From an uncultured archaeon (GTDB lineage: Archaea > Asgardarchaeota > Lokiarchaeia > Sigyniarchaeales > SOKP01): a stretch of 64,000 nt of DNA. How positions within the stretch are numbered: position 1 is the first letter of the stretch; the number at the start of each line of letters is the position of its first letter. Shown one piece after another: positions 30,023 through 39,000 of this stretch. Where the stretch lies: assembly GCA_964486045.1 (NCBI GenBank), contig CAZALK010000008.1, positions 128,001 to 192,000 of the forward strand. The letters are read 5' to 3'. Under the pieces are notes generated by a model. That model was given only the letters and a program-made list of their open reading frames with translations, searched no databases and was not told where the DNA came from. A program made the position numbers and the translations under genes.

Positions 30023-31738
30023 ATGGAAAGTCCTTATACAAGTCGTTTTTGGAAGAAAAATTGGGATAGTTTCATTTCTGACTTAAAACCGGAGGAATAT
30101 GATACTACCATGGTCGATATGTTTAAACCCACATTTAAAGATTACCCGAATGTTATGGCTTTAGAATATTTTGGAAGAGAAATTACGTTCGCAGAATTAG
30201 ATAAATATTCTAATCAATTTGCGAGAATGCTAAGTGAAAACGGTTTTAAAAAAGGGGATATTGTTGGAATCAACTTACCCAATACACCTCAATATGTTAT
30301 AGCCGCTGTGGGAACATTAAAAGCTGATTGTATTATTTCTGGCGTTTCTCCCCTTTTAGCAGCAGTTCAGATGCAATACCAATTAAACGATTTAGGTACA
30401 AATGGAAAACAGGTTGCCTTGATAACCCTTGATTCAAGTTTTTCTAATAATGTAGTAAAAATCGCGGATTCTATTAAGCAACTAAATCTAGTTATTACGA
30501 CTAATGTAGCGAGTTTTCTCCCAACAATAACTGAAGAATTAATCAAATCTTATGGGGAAATTTCTGAAGTAGAAGTCCCCCAAATAGAAGGAAAGATGGT
30601 TCTAGACTTACATGATGATATTTTAAATGAAGTTTCGTCAAAACCGGTAAATACTGAAACGACTCCTGATGATATTGGATGGATTCAATATACAGGTGGG
30701 ACGACTGGTCCACCTAAGGGGGCGATGCTTACTCATAGAGGTCGGGCTTCAAATGTGATTAGTCTAGCAAGGTGGCTCCAATGGAAAAGGGCAGCAGAAA
30801 TAACTTGTTCAGGATTCCCTTTTTTTCATATCGCTGGAGTAAATACATCTGAGATCAGCATTTATACAGCAACCAGCCAGCTATTAGTTCTGAATCCACG
30901 CGATATTGATTATATTGTTAACCTTATAGAGAAATACCGTCCAACGAATCTATCAAATGTACCTTCGTTATACCAACTTTTAATGCGAAATCCCAGATTT
31001 AAAGAACTAGATCATTCTAATTTACGATTTTGCTTCTGTGCGGCATCACCTTTTCCAAAAGAATCCCAAGGGGAATTAGAAAGTATAATCGGCAAAAATA
31101 AGCTCATAGAAGTGTACGGAATGACTGAACTTTCACCTGTGGCGACAGTGAACCCCTTTATGGGTGTGAAAAAGCTAGGTACGGTTGGATTACCAATCCA
31201 AAATGTTGTGTTAAAGATTGTAGACCCAGAAACTGGAGAGGAGGTACCTATAGGAGAACCGGGAGAAATTCTCGCTGCAGGTCCACTAGTAATGCCCGGC
31301 TATCATAATAAACCAGAAGAAACTAAAAATGCTATAGACAAGGATGGTTATATGCACACAGGTGATGTAGGAATTATGGATGAGGATGGATACATCAAAA
31401 TAGTTGATCGTACAAAAGATATGATAATTGTTGGTGGGTTCAAGGTTTTTTCTGCTAAAATCGAAGATGTTTTATCTAAAAATCCCGCAGTAGGTACGAT
31501 CGCTTTGATTGGTACTCCCAACCCAAACCGCCCGGGTTCTGAAATTGTTAAAGCTTATATACAACTTCATCCGGAATATGAATATAGTGGAGACGACGAC
31601 GCTGTTAAAGAAGATATAATAAAGTTTGCTAAAGAGAATTGTGCTCCTTATGAAGTTCCAAAGATTATTGAGTTTGTTAAGGAATTACCGCTTACGCCTG
31701 TTGGGAAGATTGATAAAAAGGTCCTACGAAAAAGGTAG
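30023..31738 (+). CDS. Long-chain fatty acid-CoA ligase (AMP-binding)
   Basis: YTGGTTGPPKG, YGMTE, HTGDVG, DRTKDMI and GKIDKK motifs. Confidence 0.95.
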   Translation: MESPYTSRFWKKNWDSFISDLKPEEYDTTMVDMFKPTFKDYPNVMALEYFGREITFAELDKYSNQFARMLSENGFKKGDIVGINLPNTPQYVIAAVGTLKADCIISGVSPLLAAVQMQYQLNDLGTNGKQVALITLDSSFSNNVVKIADSIKQLNLVITTNVASFLPTITEELIKSYGEISEVEVPQIEGKMVLDLHDDILNEVSSKPVNTETTPDDIGWIQYTGGTTGPPKGAMLTHRGRASNVISLARWLQWKRAAEITCSGFPFFHIAGVNTSEISIYTATSQLLVLNPRDIDYIVNLIEKYRPTNLSNVPSLYQLLMRNPRFKELDHSNLRFCFCAASPFPKESQGELESIIGKNKLIEVYGMTELSPVATVNPFMGVKKLGTVGLPIQNVVLKIVDPETGEEVPIGEPGEILAAGPLVMPGYHNKPEETKNAIDKDGYMHTGDVGIMDEDGYIKIVDRTKDMIIVGGFKVFSAKIEDVLSKNPAVGTIALIGTPNPNRPGSEIVKAYIQLHPEYEYSGDDDAVKEDIIKFAKENCAPYEVPKIIEFVKELPLTPVGKIDKKVLRKR

Positions 31739-32122
31739 TTAAATAAAAAAATCATTCTATTGTCTTTGTAAGAAATGAGATACGGTAGCCAACAAAAATA
31801 ATCTAATATTCTTAAATAATCCTATCAAGAAAAGTAAAATAGTTGTTTTATAATTGAAAAAAAGTTATGAAAGCAATATTATGTCACAACTTTTAAATAT
31901 TAAAGGATAATATGTATTGGATGGGTGTAAAATAAAAAATTTCAACCTTAAATAGCATGTAGATAGCATAGTTTAAAGACTTTTCCTTTTTTGAATAGAA
32001 CTGTTGAGATATACTGACTACAACAGCCTAAAAGAACCATGGATTTAAATATTTGTATTTACTTGAGTTAAGTTACCAATCCAAATGGTGTTTTAAACAT
32101 AATAAATCAAATTTGATTAATT

Positions 32123-32542
32123 ATGATAGCAATATTAAAAAAATTTAAAAAAAATAAGTTTAGCAATTTTTCTCCAAACTATAATTTCAGTGCTCCTCCT
32201 TACAATATGTTGAGTACATTTCAACCAGGGGCTTATTATAGAATGTATCACCGTGTTCAAGCGGAAAAAATGAAAAGATCTTATGAGTGGGTAAAGTTAA
32301 TGTCGAGGACTGAACAAACCTATAGTCTTGTTGATATTATAAAAATAATCCAAGAAGGAATGCCCCGAGTAAAGACCTACATTAAGGATGGAGTATTAAA
32401 TGTTATAATTGGGGAATATAATGAAGAAATCTTAGAAGAATTTCCATTAATCAGTCAAATCATTGAGGAAGGAACGTTAAAAGTTGAATTAGGAGATGAT
32501 AGGAACACAAAAATTGTAAATATCGATGTAAAAGGATATTGA
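32123..32542 (+). CDS. Hypothetical protein
   Basis: 139-aa ORF with normal composition; start uncertain. Confidence 0.6.
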   Translation: MIAILKKFKKNKFSNFSPNYNFSAPPYNMLSTFQPGAYYRMYHRVQAEKMKRSYEWVKLMSRTEQTYSLVDIIKIIQEGMPRVKTYIKDGVLNVIIGEYNEEILEEFPLISQIIEEGTLKVELGDDRNTKIVNIDVKGY

Positions 32543-32713
32543 AGTATAATAAAATAAAACTTATTATCAAATTGAGCTGTAAAAATAAATCTTAATAATT
32601 AAAATTCTTTTTTTTTAATATCTACTTTTTGAATCATATAAAAAATTGAAATAACAATTCCAATTTAAATTAATCTAAGTTAAATTCTAAAGATTGCTTT
32701 TTATGTCTAACCT

Positions 32714-33346
32714 TTAGAAAAAGAAGTCCATCAAATCGTAAAGCTCTATTAATTTCTCGACCGTGAGGTTGCTGAACCCTTTTAATTCATCAATAGGTTT
32801 ATTTTGGAGCTCCTTTTGATCTTTCCAATACATTGTAAAAATCATACCAAGATATTTACCATAGATTATCGTCCCACCATTTTCGTTTCCATCCCCCTCA
32901 AAGGTCATGAGTCCAAATGTGTTTTCATCCTCATTCTCACTTAGGAATTCTATTAATTGGGTGTAGAATTTAGAACTCATTAATGTTCTATCTTTAACAC
33001 CCGACACAAATTTATGATCGAACCCGCGCCCTTTATTTCTTGGGACTTTGAGATGGTAGAATCTCAACGTATCTTCTAATTCATTTATGCTGCCACGAGC
33101 GTTTTCGAGAAATTGACCATTTATAGACTCCTCTTCATCTTCACTATCTATTTTTTGAGAACCTCTATGTCTTCCATTACTGTCTATAAATGCAATAAAG
33201 GGAGGACATTCTTCCCCTTTGGGATGATTTTTTATTAAGATCGTGAATAATCCTGTCTTTTTTTGATAATCCACTTGTTTTCTGAAACTCTCTTTACAGT
33301 AAGGGCAGATCATATTTACTAATGCTGTTTCCTCGGAGTCGATCAC
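32714..33346 (-). CDS. Hypothetical protein with N-terminal Zn-binding-like motif
   Basis: CPYC...HPKGEECPPFIAFIDSNG pattern, followed by an alpha/beta C-terminal region. Confidence 0.75.
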   Translation of the reverse strand: MIDSEETALVNMICPYCKESFRKQVDYQKKTGLFTILIKNHPKGEECPPFIAFIDSNGRHRGSQKIDSEDEEESINGQFLENARGSINELEDTLRFYHLKVPRNKGRGFDHKFVSGVKDRTLMSSKFYTQLIEFLSENEDENTFGLMTFEGDGNENGGTIIYGKYLGMIFTMYWKDQKELQNKPIDELKGFSNLTVEKLIELYDLMDFFF

Positions 33347-34025
33347 AGTCTTATCATAAGGATAATCTAATTCAAATTTTTAAGTTTTAGTAATTAGATA
33401 ACTATAAATCGAAAACGTTGAAAATTTTAGTTGTTTTGTACTGAAGAATTTAGAAGAAACGGGAAAAGCTAATAAGTAATTAATTAGAAAACTACCCAAT
33501 GTTATTTTAACCTTTACAAAAAATTAAAACGAAATTAAAATATTATCAAAATCTAAATGGATATATTAATCTTGATGAAATATAATCAGCATCCAGTGGT
33601 AGAAAAGGAAATTCTTTTTCCCGTAAGCTCACTCTCACGGTTAATTGAAGATCCTAATAATCCAGGAAATAAGATAGAATTCTATGATTTAGTTGGTGAA
33701 TATAATATAAAAAATGGGATAATCTATGGAGTCATCATATTGGTTACTCAATTTCAAATCAAGGCGTATGGTATAAAATTTATCTTGCTAATTTACAGAA
33801 AAAATATCTTATTTTTTTAAGTTCACAGCCCAATGCATTTATTATTTTTTTCGTCTTGGAAGAGCAATTGAAATTATTAAAAAAGATTTAATATATGTGT
33901 CTTTATTAATTTTATATTAAAATTATAAAATAATTCTCAAGTAACTAAAACCATGACTTTTTCTATATTGTAGGGAATGTTATGGAAAGTCTGCTTGGGT
34001 TGAGTTAATTAACCGGATTGAGGAG

Positions 34026-34580
34026 TTGGCTAAGCTGGGGAATTCTACAAGGTCATTTATCTATAAGGTAGTCGTAGTTGGTGACGGGGGCGTAGGGAAA
34101 ACTTCAATGGTTCTGCGTTATTGTGAAAACGCATTTAAAGAAAATTATATCATGACAATTGGATCAAATTTTTCTACGAAGTCAGTGGAACTAGAAGAAT
34201 ACCCAAATTACCTGGTAAAGCTTCAACTCTGGGATCTCGCAGGACAGAAGCATTTTAGCTTCGTTCGCCCTCCTTTCTATAGAGGAGCGACAGCTACGGT
34301 ATTTGTGTTTGATATTACACGAAGAAGCTCGTTTCAAAACATCTTAGAGTGGAAAGATGAAGTAGAGAGAGTAATCGGTCAAGGAAAACCATCAATGTTA
34401 GTGGGAAATAAAATTGATCTCGCAGACAAGAGAGAAGTTGGAGAAAAGGAAGGGGAGGCATTAAAGGACGAGATAAATGCTCTTTCTTATTTTGAGACAA
34501 GTGCGAAAGAAGGTCTTGGTGTTCATCCTGTATTTAAAGATATAACCTTAGCCATTCTTAAAAATAGCCATAAAATCTGA
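34026..34580 (+). CDS. Rab-like small GTPase (Ras superfamily)
   Basis: G1 GDGGVGKT, G2 TIG, G3 WDLAGQ, G4 NKID, G5 TSAK. No C-terminal prenylation cysteine. Confidence 0.95.
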   Translation: MAKLGNSTRSFIYKVVVVGDGGVGKTSMVLRYCENAFKENYIMTIGSNFSTKSVELEEYPNYLVKLQLWDLAGQKHFSFVRPPFYRGATATVFVFDITRRSSFQNILEWKDEVERVIGQGKPSMLVGNKIDLADKREVGEKEGEALKDEINALSYFETSAKEGLGVHPVFKDITLAILKNSHKI

Positions 34581-34690
34581 TTTAATGAATTTTATTTAGT
34601 ATAAACAATAAATTAAAATTCTTTAAATTATTTAAAAAAACTAAGTTCAATCTATTATTATCAAAGAATAAAAAAGGTTAGAATTGAAAA

Positions 34691-35410
34691 ATGTTTGGTG
34701 GGCAAGGTAGGGCTTATGACAGGGCGTTAACGGTATTCTCTCCAGAGGGTCGTTTGTTTCAAGTAGAATATGCCTTAGAGGCTGTAAGACGTGGAACTTT
34801 AGCAGTCGCAGTGAAATCTAAAGATGATGTATGTTTAGTAGCTCAAATTAAAGTCGCTTCGAAGTTAATGGTCGCCGATTCTATAGACAAACTTTTCCAG
34901 ATAGACGAACATATTGGAGTAGCCATATCAGGGTTGCATGCGGATTCACGAACACTTATTAATTATGCACGAGTTCAAGCCCAATCATTTAGACTGACTT
35001 ACGATGAACCTGTTCGGCTAAATATATTAGCAAAGGCAATAGCTGACCTTAAGCAACAATATACACAGTTTGGTGGTACGCGTCCTTGGGGCTGCGCCTT
35101 TTTCTTTATCGGAATTGATGCTTCGGGAGCACACATTTACACGACTTCACCGAGTGGTATTTACAGGCCTTTCAATGCTTATGCTTTAGGAAACGGCGAG
35201 GCTACAGCGAGAGAGTATCTTATCGAAAATTACAAACCTGATTTGCCATTCGAAGGAATTATCAGTCTGGCGCTAAAAACTCTCAAGGAATCGATTGATG
35301 AGGAATTAACAAAAGAGAACGTACGTCTGGCTTATGTAAAAGGAGACACGAAAAAATTTCACATGGGCTCTAAAGAAGAAATTGAAGGTTTTCTAGCCAA
35401 ATTAGAATAA
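34691..35410 (+). CDS. psmA: Proteasome alpha subunit
   Basis: YDRALTVFSPEGRLFQVEYA signature, SGLHAD and TQFGGTRPWG. Confidence 0.95.
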   Translation: MFGGQGRAYDRALTVFSPEGRLFQVEYALEAVRRGTLAVAVKSKDDVCLVAQIKVASKLMVADSIDKLFQIDEHIGVAISGLHADSRTLINYARVQAQSFRLTYDEPVRLNILAKAIADLKQQYTQFGGTRPWGCAFFFIGIDASGAHIYTTSPSGIYRPFNAYALGNGEATAREYLIENYKPDLPFEGIISLALKTLKESIDEELTKENVRLAYVKGDTKKFHMGSKEEIEGFLAKLE

Positions 35411-35511
35411 TTCTCATTTTTTCACTTATCATAAAAGGTTTTATTTTCTAAATTTATAATCTAGTTAGTTATAGATAATCACAAATTTTTCCCAAAACTA
35501 TAATTTACTGT

Positions 35512-35913
35512 GTGTTAACAATGGCAAAGAAGAAGATTAGAGAACAGTTTGATGCTGTTTATAAGAATGGTGATGAACAAGCTATCAAAAAGATGTTAAA
35601 GAAAAACCCGTGGCTAGGTGAAGAGATGAAAACTTCAATGGACGCAAGCATGACCAAGCAAAATCAAATTCTTGTTGCTTTAGGTGTTATGGAGGATGAA
35701 CTTGGGGGATCCGTTCCTATCGATGAAATAGTTTTTAGCCTTAGAGTAGATTTTAATATTCGTAAAGATGAGGCAGAAGTTCATCAGATATTAGGGGGTA
35801 TCGAAGATTTGAAGCTGGTAAAAAGAGACGCTAATGGTTGGGGTTTGACAAGGGAAGGAGGAAAAATTTGCGATGAATTTCTTAACAAGAATTTAGGAAA
35901 ATTCGATCTGTGA
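35512..35913 (+). CDS. Hypothetical protein with C-terminal winged-helix-like region
   Basis: ...IDEIVFSL...VHQILGGIEDLKLVKRDANGWGLTREG pattern. Start may be the ATG at 35521. Confidence 0.7.
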   Translation: MLTMAKKKIREQFDAVYKNGDEQAIKKMLKKNPWLGEEMKTSMDASMTKQNQILVALGVMEDELGGSVPIDEIVFSLRVDFNIRKDEAEVHQILGGIEDLKLVKRDANGWGLTREGGKICDEFLNKNLGKFDL

Positions 35914-36033
35914 TTAATTAAATTTTTATTTATGATTTATGAATTCTAGATAAAGTATATTACATTTATTTTAGATTGAAATTATTTATTATAATTATTA
36001 GGGTATCTTATTACTAATTCTTCTTAAAAACAG

Positions 36034-39000
36034 ATGAATTTTATGAACGAGCGAAAAGAAGAGGATTCAGATGAGAACGGTTTTGATCCAACTAAAGATG
36101 CTTTTTTTTCTGATTTAATGGGAATGGAAGAAGAAGTTGCTTCTGAGGCTTATGAGTTAGTTGAGCATGCAATCCATTTAACAGAAACAAAGTATTTTGA
36201 TGATAGTATAGAAATCTTACGCCAAGCTATTGGATTATATTCTCAAATCAATAGAGTAGATGAAATTAAAGCTATAAATGAAAAGATTTCTGAGATATAT
36301 TTACTAAAGGAAGAACTATTTAGAGAAAGTGAGGGTAAATCTGAAAAACATGAAGTAGAAGAGGAAGATGTAAAAATTTCTGATGTAGAAAAAGACTCTA
36401 CTCTTGAGCCAGAATTAATTCAGAAAGAAATTGAGGTAGATCCAAAAATACAAGCTGAACAACTAGTTAGAGAAGGTAAAGAATTATTAGAAACAAATAA
36501 TTTTGAAGAAACTCTTAATAAGTATGACCAGGCTGTTGAAATCTTGGAAGAGGCTAAGAATTCTGAAGAGATTGAACGGATATTTGAGTTAATCGAAGTA
36601 TGCTATAAAAAAAAAGCAGAATTTTTACGAAACGTGAAAAAAATTCCACTTTCAGCTGAGGTTGAGAAAGAAGAAGAACAAAAAGAATTAACTGAAGTAG
36701 AATTAAAAGAAGAAAAACTAAAGCAATATCTCATTTCAAAGAAAAAAGAAGAAGAGATTTCGTCCCACGCTTATGAAGTCTTAGGGAAAGCAGCACAATT
36801 AGCTTCTACCAAACAATACGATAAAGCTCTACAATTGTATAAAGAGGGCGCTAAATATTTTCAAGATTTAAATTGGACATACGAAGTAAAGAAAGTTCAA
36901 GACACAATAATTCAATTGGAAAATGAAAAATTAGTATTCTTAAAGAGGTTTGATGAACAGAGAATAAGAAGAGAAGAGAAGCTTCAGAGCCAAACTGAGG
37001 AGGTAGAAACTATAGGGCAGAAAGAAATGGATCTAGAGGAACAAGAAAAACTAGCCAAACTGGAAAGGCTAAAGGCAATTGAAAATCAAAAGATGGAAAC
37101 TGATTTTTTCAAATCTCAGATTGATAACATGGCTACGGAGGCATTACGTATGGCTCGAGAATATGAATTGTCAATGCAGAAGGCAATAAAAAAAGGAGAC
37201 TTAGTTGAAGATTGTATTTACCCCCAAGTGATTAAAGCATATGAAAAAATAAAGGAGTTGTTAATTGATAAGGGGTGGAATAGTGAAGTGGCTATTTATG
37301 ATGATACCATTCAAGTATATCATCAAAAACTTAAGCAAGATAATAAAATTAGACAAATCGAAACTGAAAAAGTGTTAAGACAGTTGAAATCGGAAGAATT
37401 TATAAAACTTAAAAAAGAAAATGAAATTCCGGCTCCAACTGAGTCACAAGTTCAAGTTTCAGAAGAACAACATAGAAGAGAAATTGAAGAACAAAAATTC
37501 AGAACTAATATTGATGAAATAACAATAAGGGCAGAAAGGTTGGCAAGAGAATATGAGGTAGCGCTAAGAAAAGGTAAATTTGAATTAAAATGTCCCTATC
37601 CTGAAATTATAAAGATTTACAATACAGCAATGCAGAAATCCCAAGAAAGAGGTTGGGAGACTGATATAGCAATTTTTTCTAGTCAAATTCTAGCCTTCAC
37701 AGAAAAGTTGGAAAAAGATAAAAGGTTGCGACAGATTGAAGCTGAAAAAATCCTAAAGCAAAAAGAAATGGGAGAAATATTAAAAATACAGAAAGATGAC
37801 AAATTAAGTGGTTTAGAGGAGGCAAAATTAAGTACTTCTAAGGTAAAGACAGATAAAGAAGTGGAAGACCAAGAATTTGAACAATTAATAAATGACATGG
37901 TCAAAAAAGCTGAGCTTTTGGCACGTGAGTATGATTTAGCTATGAAAAAAGCAGTAAGGCAGGGAAAATTAGCTAATAATCCACCATTTGCTGAGATAAT
38001 AAAAATTTATGAGAAAGTAAGACAGATGGTCGTCTCCAAAGAAAGAAATGAGGAAGCTGCAGCTTATAAGAACCAAATAAATTTTTACTCCCAAAAATTG
38101 CAGAAGGATAAAAATTTGCGTGATATTGAGGTTAAAAAGGCGGAACGACGAAAAGAAATTAAGGATATGCATAAAGTGGACCGAAAAGTTGGAATCGATG
38201 AGGAAAAATTAAGCACTACTGACCGAAAAAAGGAGGAAGAAGTGGAGTTTGAAAGATATATAACAAATAATATTGATAACGCAGAAAAGTTAGTACGGGA
38301 ATATGAAATCTCAATGAGAAAAGCGATGAGGAAAGGTGAAATTTTAGAAAATACACCTTATTCTGAAGTAATTGATATTTATAAAGATATTCTAGAGAAA
38401 GTATATGCTAAAGGTTGGAAAGAACAAACCGAGGTATATACAAACCAAATTAAGATCTACCAAAAAAAATTAGATAAACATGTAAAATTACTTGAAATTG
38501 AGGCTAAAAAGGTAGAAAAACAGAAAGAAATTGATGAAATGCATAAAGCAGATCAAAAAGTTGAAGTTGATGAGGAAAAATTAAGCGCTATTGAAAGAAA
38601 AAAGGTGGAAGAAGAGGATTTTGAACGGAATATAACCAACATGATCGATGAAGCTGAAAAATTAGTGCGAGATTATGAATCAAATATGAGAAAAGCGATG
38701 AAGAAAGGTGAAATTTTAGAAAATACCCCTTATTCTGAAGTAATTGACATGTATAAAGAGATTAGGGAAAAAGTTTACGCAAGGGGTTGGAAGACCCAAG
38801 CTGAAGTTTATGCAAATCAAATTAAGATCTACCAAGAAAAATTAGATAAACACGTAAAACTTCATGAAGTTGAGGCTAAAAAGGTAGATAGACAAAAAGA
38901 TATCGATGATATGCTTAAAATAGGAAAACAATTTGAAGTAGATCATAAAAAATTAAAATCTTTAAAAAAAAAAAAGGAAGGGGATGTATTCCAAAAATAT

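Noticed and set aside
33557-33820. 87-aa ORF between the Zn-ribbon gene and the GTPase
   Set aside because: It has no motif and a low-complexity end. It could be spurious or a remnant, so there is too little support to call it.
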